Source: a virus (lineage: Duplodnaviria > Caudoviricetes). From it: a DNA stretch of 41,844 bases. The notes beneath the pieces were generated by a model. That model saw nothing but the letters and a program-made list of their open reading frames with translations, was not told the origin of the DNA and did no database searches. The stretch lies in the IMG/VR virus record IMGVR_UViG_3300008120_000136, positions 1 through 41,844 of that record. One strand, given 5' to 3'. The translations under genes and the position numbers were made by a program. Position 1 is the stretch's first letter. Every line of letters starts with the position of its first letter. This document shows, one piece after another, positions 18,801 through 27,049 of this stretch.

Positions 18801-19418
18801 ATTGATGAAACTCTTAAGAAAGGCTTTAAGTTAGCCACACCAAAGAATGCAACTCTTAAATTAGATAGCGAAAAGGCAGTGGAGTCAGTTCTTGGAATTT
18901 CTGATCCAAAAAATTCTTATACCCCTTTTATTCAAGTAAATGGAAAACCAACAGAAGAATTAAGAGCTGAAGTATTAAGAACTATTGTTGAAAAGAAAAA
19001 ACTTAAAAAGGGTGACATTATTGATGGTCCTTATGGAATCAAATATATAGTTACTACTGGAGAAGATGCAATATTTAGCCCTGCCGCTGCTGAAAGACAG
19101 AGAGCTAAGGGCGGTCCAGTCATGGGGTCACAAAGCTACCTTGTAGGAGAAAGAGGTCCAGAGCTATTCGTTCCAGCAATGAGTGGATCAATTGTTCCAA
19201 ATCATTTGCTTGGACCAAGCTATAATATTCCATCAAATACAATATCTGGAATTGGCGGGGCAGCAAATAATTCTTACAATAATAATGTCTATAATATAGA
19301 TATTGCTTTAAATGGAACAAATGTTACAGTAGATGATGTAATGAATAGATTTAAGTCCGAGCTCGCCCTTGTAAATGCAAAGCAAGGAAGAATTAGAACA
19401 GTTGGAGGAACATACTAA
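12858..19418 (+). CDS. Tape measure protein (2186 aa) with an internal variable cassette
   Basis: TP901-like TMP core (LTVGLTLPI, GISASEGANALKSALASLINPT), two hydrophobic clusters, coiled coils, DVVPAMLTPGEFVVN and GERGPELFVP motifs. Confidence 0.95.
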   Translation: MADEVISTKIVADADFSSLIADVHKVTASLSKLQENLANSNKMLANNVAVINRNFSDTLRSTSQFSSHFVSLTSDVEKFGKNLDSGRLKLRDYFSTYQGHIKTSGGLIRELARQQVAMQNAILQPLGRNAQGLMQFNVHVPRGLDAIKNKTSLARQELAIMNKVIQDGAVQLINWGKNTQWAGRQLTVGLTLPITAFGKAAADAFKVADQELTRLTKVYGDVAGTSAQELGKVRAEVVATAKELSAAYGTSFSETISLAADIAATGKQGQELLDSVKETSRLAVLGEVDRQEAMKATLAIQSAFKSNTEELTNSINFLNAVENQTSTTLNDLVEAIPKAGPVIKGLGGSVQDLALYLTAMREGGISASEGANALKSALASLINPTDKAVEKFKTMGIDLLGIVNQNAGNVTGTLLALQAALDNLNPLQKQQAIEQLFGKFQFSRLNALFENLGRQGSQTLQVLDLMKASTTDLASVAGRELTAVTESASGKYRRALESLKADLAGVGEQFLTIGTKIINIVDKALDFFNGLPKPVKTAITFLGALTAMAGPLIMLTGLLANFFGYILKGVMHMKAFFRGGEGWKYLTPEMIAAEKAGKMLEQTFYSDAKAASILQLALKNLIDEFSILEAKAKSGSISVNPAVSTMAGSVIMGAGGRVVNPQHPLVGPMGTRASTHMVPRASMTEEQRMSQTIFGLVPGSVPVNRKIGDAPQIYMNDPLPSVPGLTTVGGVSTGVVSGEAARWHAMMGTLAMQSKAEIEALKKQIATTGVVSKDFMNQFDDVLPIVSGITDNAAKQSALIVAELRAGKLTVEQARAQIIALNLEVERMITSAVGTQAAAMGRTLNPTVVPTLNQPVVDATGKSNMRELFKKSKTRDLIDKVARSLGVRTSGAGYNIETTRPRKMNTGGYVYGMNDGSIVPGPNVNADVVPAMLTPGEFVVNREATARNLPLLMAINGGAGDGGPKFATGGIQPELGQNLYGQILDIESRYQSSAEALKTPDAMGRTGWDREFRFRYIMNNASAILGLGIPGLSVDEAIRMATEDSDEVLRKSFQQNLNFGKGDINRKTFKTEAERVAKNRHKKIKTKYGRSLIGKSSAQALSATNASIKSTQLLQGLAAMDPEAASHVYSKLFPQGINPADLRARNLFESEHISPRATFGYSAAGNYLQAIGGESYLNRSHNTLSARGLMINAVPSSSRQAASIIAQQQRNRAGVPLARARAGGSRSGFAPFMRNFMMGTYRRPSLSFVGGMNDGGMVPGYNNGGIVYANKGRFIQGFRQGATPRKQGEFDPSGGMMASMAGFGVMAGGQALSGSNPMLGQSMQIAGMIMQFYPLLGMLGRAVKGFTTLGSAAVKFGSIAGRTFLMVKNAIAVLTGPIGWITAGLTAIVGLALKIRKDAAEKEANESAMFGLSEKGAKELGIVYTNLGDKIKAVREEQKLMADKARAQFESYTSAGITGISLTIKELKELKERVKTDMPEMLKTLNSIDSSQLTQWASNVKAQMVSAGKSVQEANNLIYALIESSNKAGMGVAALTDKAFNAIQDKGSAAAFVVKTLAENFDKVNSIDSDAFASNVDTAVTSMDNAVQALIGTKNAQGDILDEAEALLSIYGEMENSNTKNKVLSEDVLKTLQKERPELAAILNKGDTIGSMYAKWRLLLSGVALDLKSLTAEQAEMIAVFQAGLDAAAQTALVVGNNLSGVPNVATTLKKVNDAQLAASKKATAAANGELGANKELIKKYQEQIKLIRERANEKKKALQDTLDAENTELELQKLQLDYQAALARGDKDAAMQAQLSIRQLTKQFEVKKAMDRIDDNAAKEEAKVQSLIDKENAKNDTAGKTGQNNQNLANNLAASAAAITGFANRFTTIAGNKAQADMLDPKSDAYKKAQEAIKIDFSNFMVDLLKSANSDKYVAEAFSNLITKDPKTGKYVEAQSKTYTFPKRGKVTMGGAFDQLGNLSESMVSFSKELMGKNGISLSEIDETLKKGFKLATPKNATLKLDSEKAVESVLGISDPKNSYTPFIQVNGKPTEELRAEVLRTIVEKKKLKKGDIIDGPYGIKYIVTTGEDAIFSPAAAERQRAKGGPVMGSQSYLVGERGPELFVPAMSGSIVPNHLLGPSYNIPSNTISGIGGAANNSYNNNVYNIDIALNGTNVTVDDVMNRFKSELALVNAKQGRIRTVGGTY
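15591..16636 (+). repeat. 29-bp imperfect direct repeat pair inside the TMP gene (15591-15619 and 16608-16636)
   Basis: GGCATGAATGATGGAAGTATTGTTCCTGG vs GGCATGAATGACGGAGGTATGGTTCCTGG: 26/29 identical, offset 1017 nt (339 codons, in frame). Confidence 0.8.
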
Positions 19419-19888
19419 TGGCAATGTATTTACCTAGAGGATCAGCCTTATGGATAGAGGCTAAGGACCTGCTTGCCACACCAGCTGGAACTACAAAAAT
19501 TTGGAATAAAGTAAGTGAGCACAATAGAAGTCCAATAGAGCTTAGCATTGATAGAATTGAAAGATCTGTTAGAACTTCAAATGGGACTTTAAGGAAAAAT
19601 CATATTGCTGATAAAAGAAGCTTTTCAATGTCATGGGATATGCTTCCGTCATACAGAACTCTTACAGTTGATGGCGGTTGGGGGGCAGAAGATTTAAGAC
19701 AATTCTACCTTAGCGATGATGGTAAAAAGACATTTAATATTAGAATTAATTTAGCAAAAACTGGATCAGACCAGTCATCATCAGGTTATGAATCATATAC
19801 AGTTTCATTTACTAGCTGTAACTTTACCGTTGTTAAAAGAGGACTCCAACCACACTGGAATGTTTCTCTATCTATGAATGAGGTCTAA
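19418..19888 (+). CDS. Distal tail (Dit-like) protein
   Basis: Directly after the TMP (TAATG overlap). RTSNGTLRKNHIADKRSFSMSWDML..WNVSLSMNEV is a Dit-like pattern. Confidence 0.65.
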   Translation: MAMYLPRGSALWIEAKDLLATPAGTTKIWNKVSEHNRSPIELSIDRIERSVRTSNGTLRKNHIADKRSFSMSWDMLPSYRTLTVDGGWGAEDLRQFYLSDDGKKTFNIRINLAKTGSDQSSSGYESYTVSFTSCNFTVVKRGLQPHWNVSLSMNEV

Positions 19889-21798
19889 TGATATCCCATC
19901 CAAATATTGATCAAATAAAAACAATACTGGAACAAGACACCACTCTAGTAATTAATTCTGGCTGCACATTTGAATATAACATGAATACCCTTGTAGATAA
20001 TATTACAATGACTGGTGCACAGATTAGCCGCACAGATGCAGCAGGTAATACTTATCAGCCATTTAAAAAACTATTTCCAATAGATACTGTAGTTAAACCA
20101 AATAGGCCATTAAAGGCTGGAATTAAATATGCAATTGTTGGCGATGTTGGTTCTGGTTCTTATAGAAATCCAAGAGCTAGCCAATATACGATAGATTATC
20201 GTACATATTATCCAGGAGCTGAGACAACATACAAATACTATGTGTCCGATAAAGGCACAGGCCTTGACGTTACTGCAACATATCCTAAAACAATTTTAAC
20301 AAATAAAATAGTTGTAAGATTTGAGTTAGCTCATTCAACTCCTCCAACTTGGACAATTTATAACGGAGCAACACAAATAGCAACTGGGACAAGCGCAAAC
20401 ATTAAAGCATTCGGACAGCCAGATGCTGGAACCGTAACAATTTACTACAACGGAACTTCTTGGTCAACAACAGAACCATCTACTCCTGCTACACCAGTTA
20501 ACATGACAAGCCTTAGAGTGACTGCTGGAGCAGTTAGCGGTAAATATATTGGTCTTATAGAAATGTCTCCTAGGTGGGTAGTGGACACTACAAATAAAGT
20601 AGTAAACTTTACTATATCTAAAGAAAGTTCTTCAAACGCAGACGACGTATTGCCAGTAGGTTTAGTAAGTGCAAACTCTTTATCCATGAGCATGGTTTCA
20701 TATGAAGATCCTAGGGAAGTAATAGCGTTTGAAAAAACAATGACTTTCGACGCTACAAAAACTTATTTATATAAGAGAGTAGAAGTAATACCTTATTTTA
20801 AGCTATATCATTCTGCAGGACCTTTATCAGATTCTGGCGGGAATTATGAAAGAATTAATCAAGGAGTATTTTACCTAGATAATTGGAGCATAGAGGAATT
20901 TGGAGACATTTCTGTAACAGCATTAGATGGAGCTAAAATCCTACAAGAAATGACTGCTCCAAGCATTGTGTGCAAAGAATTTTCTACAATATCTATTATG
21001 AGAAATCTTCTAGATAATATTGGATTTACAAATTATAATTTTAATACAACATCATCAGACAAGTCCGTATTTGCCCCACGTTATTGGTGGACAGATGATG
21101 GTAGAACAGTATGGGAATCAATACAGCAATTGTGTAGAGATTCACAAATGGTGGCCTTCTTTGATGAGAATAATATTCTTCAGTTCTACACAAGAGAATT
21201 TTTATTTAACTCTTCAGATCCAATTGATTGGAATTTTAGATACGAAACAAGCGGTAATAATTTACCGAATATATTGTCATTTAATAAACAAGACCTGTCT
21301 TCTGCTAATCAGGTAAAGGTTTTATGGAATAGCGTAACTTCAAATGAGTATCTTGGTAATGCCCAGCCTTTATGGAAGTCCAGCCTTGCAGACCTAGGAG
21401 CTTTATCTCTAGAAGAAAATTTGCCAGCATCTAGAAATGCTAGCACCACCCCAAATTATATGACTCTAAGGGCGGTTGTTCAAAATGAAGGATCTAAAGG
21501 ACAAATACTAGATTCATTTAGTGGTTATGTAGTAATTGATTCAGAGATTATAGAGTATGATGCAGTTCAATATTTCTACTATGATTCTAATGGAACTAAG
21601 CAGGAAGTATGGATTGAAGATTATCCGATGGCTCTAAAATATTTAGGGCAGGGTCAAGCAGGAGCTTCTAACTATGGACCTAACGATAGATATAGAATTA
21701 AAACACGAGGAGCCTTTGACACAAAGGTGGTAGATCATTATGCGGATGCACAAGGCATATTGAATGGGTGGACTGGATATGAGGTTAAATTAGCATGA
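19888..21798 (+). CDS. Tail tip/hub protein, N-terminal part
   Basis: GVFYLDNW..ISVTALDG, TVWESIQQLC..FFDENNILQFY and ANQVKV are hub-type motifs. Synteny agrees. Confidence 0.65.
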   Translation: MISHPNIDQIKTILEQDTTLVINSGCTFEYNMNTLVDNITMTGAQISRTDAAGNTYQPFKKLFPIDTVVKPNRPLKAGIKYAIVGDVGSGSYRNPRASQYTIDYRTYYPGAETTYKYYVSDKGTGLDVTATYPKTILTNKIVVRFELAHSTPPTWTIYNGATQIATGTSANIKAFGQPDAGTVTIYYNGTSWSTTEPSTPATPVNMTSLRVTAGAVSGKYIGLIEMSPRWVVDTTNKVVNFTISKESSSNADDVLPVGLVSANSLSMSMVSYEDPREVIAFEKTMTFDATKTYLYKRVEVIPYFKLYHSAGPLSDSGGNYERINQGVFYLDNWSIEEFGDISVTALDGAKILQEMTAPSIVCKEFSTISIMRNLLDNIGFTNYNFNTTSSDKSVFAPRYWWTDDGRTVWESIQQLCRDSQMVAFFDENNILQFYTREFLFNSSDPIDWNFRYETSGNNLPNILSFNKQDLSSANQVKVLWNSVTSNEYLGNAQPLWKSSLADLGALSLEENLPASRNASTTPNYMTLRAVVQNEGSKGQILDSFSGYVVIDSEIIEYDAVQYFYYDSNGTKQEVWIEDYPMALKYLGQGQAGASNYGPNDRYRIKTRGAFDTKVVDHYADAQGILNGWTGYEVKLA

Positions 21799-23642
21799 GT
21801 CCAATTTACTACGATTATTATTATTTAAATGGATCCACACTTGACACATATAGTCCACCAACTGTTCCAACACCAGCCAGTTTAAAAATTCCTTATGTTG
21901 CTATTACTTATAATGCAGCTGGAACAAGTGCTACTTTAAATATTACTGTTCCAACAACAACTCCTGGAAGTTACGGAGGATCGCTTGCAGGAACAAGCAC
22001 ATTTAATGATCCAGATTTTGTAATTAATACAACTTCTCCAACATATACCATAAATGGTCTTACTCCAGGAATGACATATAGTATGAGGCTTCGTGCATAT
22101 AGTGGAGTAAATGCTACTGGAACTTATGGTGATTATTACTACGATAAAATTACTCCTCCTAAACCATCTTCTGTTTTAGGAACATTGGCTACTTCATCAT
22201 CTACAATAACCCCTCCAGATAGCGAATGGGATGATGTTATGACTAGAGCAAAACTAAATCAATTAGCTGCTCAGCAGAAAGCTGCATTAGAAAACAAATT
22301 AGTGGATGGGTCTATGGAGGTTGTAGAAGATGCAACATCGGTAATGAACCCAACCTCTACAGGTACTTCGTTTGCAACATCTGGAAATAGAACTGTACAA
22401 ACCTCATTATTGTCAATATCTAATAATGAAGTAGATAAATCTAAATACTCAATGGCGGTAAAGAATACAGGAATATCTACAGCATATGAGTATTATTCTT
22501 TCGGTACTTCTTTATTTTTCCAACCATTAAAAGAAAAAATTAGCGGCTCTGGAGGTATAGGATTTTTTACGTCTAATAATGGACTTACTGGATATTATAT
22601 TCTAGTTCAGTCTACTTCCAATTTGTCAGATACCGCAGATAAAGAAATCAAGATTATTAAAATGGTTAATGGTAGAAGGCTGGTTCTTAATGATAGCCAA
22701 GGAAGCTCTGCTAAAAATCAATTAACTGGAATTTTAGGAGGTCAGTTATATAAACTAGATGTAAACGTTGCAGTTTCTTCTGGTAAAAGAGTTATATCTG
22801 CATATATAAATAACTATAAGATAACAGCAACTGATACCACCGATGTTTCTAGCAAAGACGATATTAAAAAAGTTTTGCCAAGAACTGATGGGATTTCTTT
22901 ATTTTCAGCAAGCGGAACTACCTCATTTGATTATGTATATGCTGCTCCAATTACTAAAGATCAGTATGATGACGGAGCATTACAAAATGTCTATGAGGGT
23001 AAATACGGTATAAAGACACTCAGCTTCCTTTTTGGAGATAAGGTTATATCAAATAAAACTATTGCCCCAAGCCAGTTGCCATTCATGGAAGAATTTGGAA
23101 CGGTAGCTAGAGAATTAAAAAAGATTAAGGTTAAGTATGAAGCTCGTCCAGGAACCCCATTATATACAAGTACTGGTATAAATAAATACGTAAATGTTTT
23201 AGGGCAAAGGCTCACATCTTTTGGAGCTGAAATATATGTGCTCAATAACTCAGGAACATTTGTCCCGTTAGATGACTCAAACTTATATTCATTTAGTGTT
23301 GTAGGAAATTATATTGTTGTATCTGGACAGCATGAATATGTATCTAATACCCTTAGCGAAACAACTATCCCAGAGCCAGTAATATTTGAATCATCTTGGA
23401 TTCAATTAGAGTCTGATGCTAAAAATTTGGCTACATGGATTCAAGATCAGTGGTCTAAGAAACAACAGGTTATTGAAATGGAAGTATTTAGCAATCCTAT
23501 TATTTCAGTAGGCGACATAATTGCAGTTAATCATTCCAAGAATGGATTAGATGGAACTCAAAAATTTGTAGTTACTAAAGTAAATAATAGCTTTGGAGAG
23601 GGGTTGAGTACCAGCATTACTGCCCGTTCAATTTATAGTTGA
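21795..23642 (+). CDS. Tail tip protein, C-terminal part, with an N-terminal FN3-like domain
   Basis: YTINGLTPGMTYSMRLRAY (FN3-like). C-terminal ESSWIQ..AKNLA..NPIISVGDII..FVVTKV resembles the end of hub proteins. Confidence 0.65.
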   Translation: MSPIYYDYYYLNGSTLDTYSPPTVPTPASLKIPYVAITYNAAGTSATLNITVPTTTPGSYGGSLAGTSTFNDPDFVINTTSPTYTINGLTPGMTYSMRLRAYSGVNATGTYGDYYYDKITPPKPSSVLGTLATSSSTITPPDSEWDDVMTRAKLNQLAAQQKAALENKLVDGSMEVVEDATSVMNPTSTGTSFATSGNRTVQTSLLSISNNEVDKSKYSMAVKNTGISTAYEYYSFGTSLFFQPLKEKISGSGGIGFFTSNNGLTGYYILVQSTSNLSDTADKEIKIIKMVNGRRLVLNDSQGSSAKNQLTGILGGQLYKLDVNVAVSSGKRVISAYINNYKITATDTTDVSSKDDIKKVLPRTDGISLFSASGTTSFDYVYAAPITKDQYDDGALQNVYEGKYGIKTLSFLFGDKVISNKTIAPSQLPFMEEFGTVARELKKIKVKYEARPGTPLYTSTGINKYVNVLGQRLTSFGAEIYVLNNSGTFVPLDDSNLYSFSVVGNYIVVSGQHEYVSNTLSETTIPEPVIFESSWIQLESDAKNLATWIQDQWSKKQQVIEMEVFSNPIISVGDIIAVNHSKNGLDGTQKFVVTKVNNSFGEGLSTSITARSIYS

Positions 23643-23646
23643 TAAA

Positions 23647-23655
23647 TGGTATAAT
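23647..23655 (+). promoter_or_regulatory. Extended -10 promoter (leaderless)
   Basis: TGgTATAAT at 23647-23655, with ATG 23662 six nt later. The 14-mer TAAATGGTATAATG recurs at 41041-41054. Confidence 0.7.
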
Positions 23656-23661
23656 GAAAAT

Positions 23662-24057
23662 ATGGCTAAAGTATCAAGCACTGGTGTAGGAATTACCTCT
23701 CCCATCGTCGTATATGAGGATGGCAAAGAGGTTAAAGATGTAGCATCGAATTATCTTAGAGTATATCCTGCACGAGTAGCTACAGGAGTTGGAGAAACTT
23801 CTTCTAGCTTATATGTTTCATCAGTAGACCCAGAAGATCTAGAGGCGGCAGATAAGGCATCAGAAGATGCTGCGAATGCAACAAAAGATGCGACTAAGGT
23901 AATCAAAAAAGCCCCAACGCTTATGGATATTGAAGTAGTTTCTAATACAGTTGTTTATGATGCTGCAGGCAATCCGTCATCTACAATAGTATTTAAGGTT
24001 AGAAATTCTAGCGGAGAAGATGTTAAGGCTGTAAATGCGAGGGTCAAGGTACTATGA
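23662..24057 (+). CDS. Hypothetical minor tail protein
   Basis: Intact ORF in the tail module. ATGA overlap with the next gene. Confidence 0.55.
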   Translation: MAKVSSTGVGITSPIVVYEDGKEVKDVASNYLRVYPARVATGVGETSSSLYVSSVDPEDLEAADKASEDAANATKDATKVIKKAPTLMDIEVVSNTVVYDAAGNPSSTIVFKVRNSSGEDVKAVNARVKVL

Positions 24058-24944
24058 TAACTAAATTTGGTAAAAGATTTCTAACAGATTTTATTGCTGG
24101 TAATTCGGACTTTAATAGCAAGGACATAGCCTTGGGTATATCTTCAACGGCGGCTACCGAAAACGATACTAGATTAGGTTTTGAATTCTATAGACTTCCA
24201 GTATCACTTACATCGATAGATATTAAAGAAGTATCATCTGTATTTAAATACTATGCAATTTATAAGGCTACAATTCCACAAGATATCTCTGGAGTAATTA
24301 CCGAGATAGGCCTATATCCTGGAGTTAGAAAATCTACAAACTTCTTTGATAGTAAATTCGTCACATCTTTTGAGAATAATTCAATCTGGTTTGATTCAGT
24401 TGGAGGAAATCCTCAACTAAAGGTAAATACTACTAGTCCAGAATTTACAGCTAAAATTGGTGAAAGCATGGTGCAATTTGACGTAGCCACATCATCAGCT
24501 AAAGAATATACAAACTCTATAGTTACATTAGACCTTTCTGGATATAGCGTAAACGACAGCTTGTCTATAGCATATAAAAAAGTAGACAATAATGTTAGCA
24601 ATATTCGTGTAAAGCTTTATAGTTCAGATACACAATACTACTATGCAGATTTTACTCCAGCATCAGGAAGCGGAGATAGAATTCAATCAGTTCCCATGTC
24701 AACAGTATTTGGTAATACATCATTAACCCCGCCAGATGCTACAAGCATTACAAAAGTTGGAATCGAGGTAACTGCAGGAGCAGGCGGATCAACAGCAGTT
24801 TATTTTGATGGACTTAGAATTAATGACGAAGATACATTTGATCCACAATATGGTTTAATTGCACGACATGTGTTAACAACACCATTGCAAAAGCCTTCTG
24901 GTCGTCCAGTAGATATAGAGTATAAATTAGAATTGGAGTTCTAG
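24054..24944 (+). CDS. Tail collar/fibre-attachment protein
   Basis: MITKFGKRFL..IALG..EFYR..ITEIGLY..LIARHV..K..DIEYKL is a collar-fibre-type pattern, with an inserted carbohydrate-binding-like domain (VYFDGLRI). Confidence 0.6.
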   Translation: MITKFGKRFLTDFIAGNSDFNSKDIALGISSTAATENDTRLGFEFYRLPVSLTSIDIKEVSSVFKYYAIYKATIPQDISGVITEIGLYPGVRKSTNFFDSKFVTSFENNSIWFDSVGGNPQLKVNTTSPEFTAKIGESMVQFDVATSSAKEYTNSIVTLDLSGYSVNDSLSIAYKKVDNNVSNIRVKLYSSDTQYYYADFTPASGSGDRIQSVPMSTVFGNTSLTPPDATSITKVGIEVTAGAGGSTAVYFDGLRINDEDTFDPQYGLIARHVLTTPLQKPSGRPVDIEYKLELEF

Positions 24945-27044
24945 ATGGCAGAAACACTAGAATCATCTGGACAATATTTACCAAAAGATCTTCGAATAAC
25001 ATCTCAACCTGATGCGGTAGATAAAAATAAATTTCAATTAACAGCTACTGGATTAAAAATATCAGAAGCATATGTTTTTCAATTCCAATATGTATTTCCA
25101 GATGGCACACTAAGCGATTGGTCTCCTGGATATTCAATTCTTACTGGGGCCGAAAGTGTTCCTACTGCTCCTACTGGAACTTCTGTAGAAGGTGGAGCAG
25201 GGTTTATTAAAGTTTCTTTAGGAACATTTCCTGCAAATGCTCTTAGGGTTGATGTTAAAATTGCTGGCGGAATCTTTGGCGATGGAACAAAAGTTGCGGA
25301 CTCATTTACTGCGGCTGGAACTAAAACAATAGCCGCTCCAGGTTCTGCAGCACCTGGACTTGCATATACAGTTACACTTTTAACAATAACTCCTTCTAAG
25401 ATAAGTGGACAAACTACCAATGCTACTACAGTATATGTAACAGATCCCGCAGCAACTTTGGTTGTAGACCCTTCCGTTACTCCATCTACCCCTACAGTAT
25501 CTTCTGTGCTTGGGGCTATACAGTTAGCATGGAATGGTAAGACTTCTAGTGGCGGCAATCAGCCAAATGGATTCGTAGCAGCAAAAGTTTATGTTGGCAC
25601 TTCAGCAGGATTTACTCCAATTGATATCGGAAGCCCTGGTGCAAATCAGGTAGATGTTTTAAATTTTGGTAATGGCCAAAATACATTAAATATCGCAGTA
25701 GGAACTTTGGTCAATGGCGTAGCCATGACATATAATACAGATTATTATGTAAAAATAAAAACAACTAATGGAAATGTTGCACAAGACTCTGCCGCTGTTT
25801 TAGCAACTGGAAGCCCAGCTCAAATTGGTAAAGCTGGATCTGGAGATATTATATCTATTACAGCAGATCAAATTACAACTGGAACAATATCATCTCAAGT
25901 GGTAACTGTTGGATCAAGCTCTGGAAAACATGTAAAGCTTTCTGGAACTGGTGATCCAATTACAATATATGGAACTGGCGGCACATCAGATCCATTACTA
26001 TCATTTAGCACAAATGGCGCAGGTCAGAGCGTATTGTCTATTAAAGGAAGTGGTTCATTTAGTGGTGATATATCTGCAGCAACTGGAACCTTAACAAATG
26101 CATTGAATATTGGAACTCCAGTTTCTGGAGTTTATCCATTTAGTGTTAATGGATCTGGATACTTACGAGCAAATTCAGGAAAAATTGGCGGATGGACAAT
26201 AGTAGGAAGCACATTAGAAAGCTCTATTGTTGGTCCAAATAATAGTCAAATTAAACTAGACCCAGATTCTCCAATAATTGCTTTAATGCAAAATGGATCT
26301 AACAAGGTTACAATAAGTGCAGCTTCTGGTATTGTTGGTCCATCGGTAGTTGTTCAAGGTGAATCAAGAACTTCATTTTCATTAGACCCAGCAGGTAACG
26401 TATCTTTAGCTGGAAGCATATTTGCTGATAATGGAAAAGTTGGCGGATGGACAATTGGGGCTTCTACATTAACTGGATCTAATATTACATTATCAAGTTC
26501 TGGAAGCATTACTAATACTGGATCTATTCCAGGATTCTTTCAAACAAATGTTCCAGCAACAGCATCACTTTCAAGCGGATACTTAAACATATCATTATCT
26601 GAGAGCACAATAGCGACTCTAGGATCCTATTCTGGTCTTGGTTCAGATGGTGGAGTTTATGTTCAAAATAATACCAATAAGTTAACGCTTTCTCCAGTAT
26701 CAGTATACCTACAAGCAAAAACTACAGAAAATGGAGTTGAGCCTGGGGGATTTTATATAACGCATGCTTCTGGAGATTATAATGTACATTTTGGATTTAC
26801 TGGATATAATGGAACAGAATATGTAAGAAGAATTGTATGGGATCATTGGCAGCTTGCTGCTCAAAGAGATGCTGATAACTATGCAAATATTTATGACACT
26901 ATTGGACAATCTTTAAGACCACTTGTTGTTGATTCAGATGGATCTATGGGATTAGGCTACACTCAATATTTTTCTACTACGCAAGCAACAACACCGTCTT
27001 CTGGAACAGGAAGAAACGGCGATCTATATTTTAGTACGGCGTGA
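24945..27044 (+). CDS. Tail fibre: FN3-like domains followed by a beta-repeat shaft
   Basis: PTAPTG, IQLAWNG..YNTDYYVKIK (FN3-like); ITADQITTGTI and twice GK[IV]GGWTI (fibre shaft motifs). Confidence 0.75.
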   Translation: MAETLESSGQYLPKDLRITSQPDAVDKNKFQLTATGLKISEAYVFQFQYVFPDGTLSDWSPGYSILTGAESVPTAPTGTSVEGGAGFIKVSLGTFPANALRVDVKIAGGIFGDGTKVADSFTAAGTKTIAAPGSAAPGLAYTVTLLTITPSKISGQTTNATTVYVTDPAATLVVDPSVTPSTPTVSSVLGAIQLAWNGKTSSGGNQPNGFVAAKVYVGTSAGFTPIDIGSPGANQVDVLNFGNGQNTLNIAVGTLVNGVAMTYNTDYYVKIKTTNGNVAQDSAAVLATGSPAQIGKAGSGDIISITADQITTGTISSQVVTVGSSSGKHVKLSGTGDPITIYGTGGTSDPLLSFSTNGAGQSVLSIKGSGSFSGDISAATGTLTNALNIGTPVSGVYPFSVNGSGYLRANSGKIGGWTIVGSTLESSIVGPNNSQIKLDPDSPIIALMQNGSNKVTISAASGIVGPSVVVQGESRTSFSLDPAGNVSLAGSIFADNGKVGGWTIGASTLTGSNITLSSSGSITNTGSIPGFFQTNVPATASLSSGYLNISLSESTIATLGSYSGLGSDGGVYVQNNTNKLTLSPVSVYLQAKTTENGVEPGGFYITHASGDYNVHFGFTGYNGTEYVRRIVWDHWQLAAQRDADNYANIYDTIGQSLRPLVVDSDGSMGLGYTQYFSTTQATTPSSGTGRNGDLYFSTA
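26178..26455 (+). repeat. 23-bp direct repeat pair in the tail fibre (26178-26200 and 26433-26455)
   Basis: GGAAAAATTGGCGGATGGACAAT vs GGAAAAGTTGGCGGATGGACAAT: 22/23 identical, offset 255 nt (in frame). Confidence 0.75.
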
Positions 27045-27049
27045 TATAG

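Noticed and set aside
24942-24947. TAG directly followed by an in-frame ATG (possible read-through fusion or stop recoding)
   Set aside because: The downstream gene has its own GGAG SD 6 nt upstream, and TAG ends other intact genes in the window, so there is no sign of recoding.
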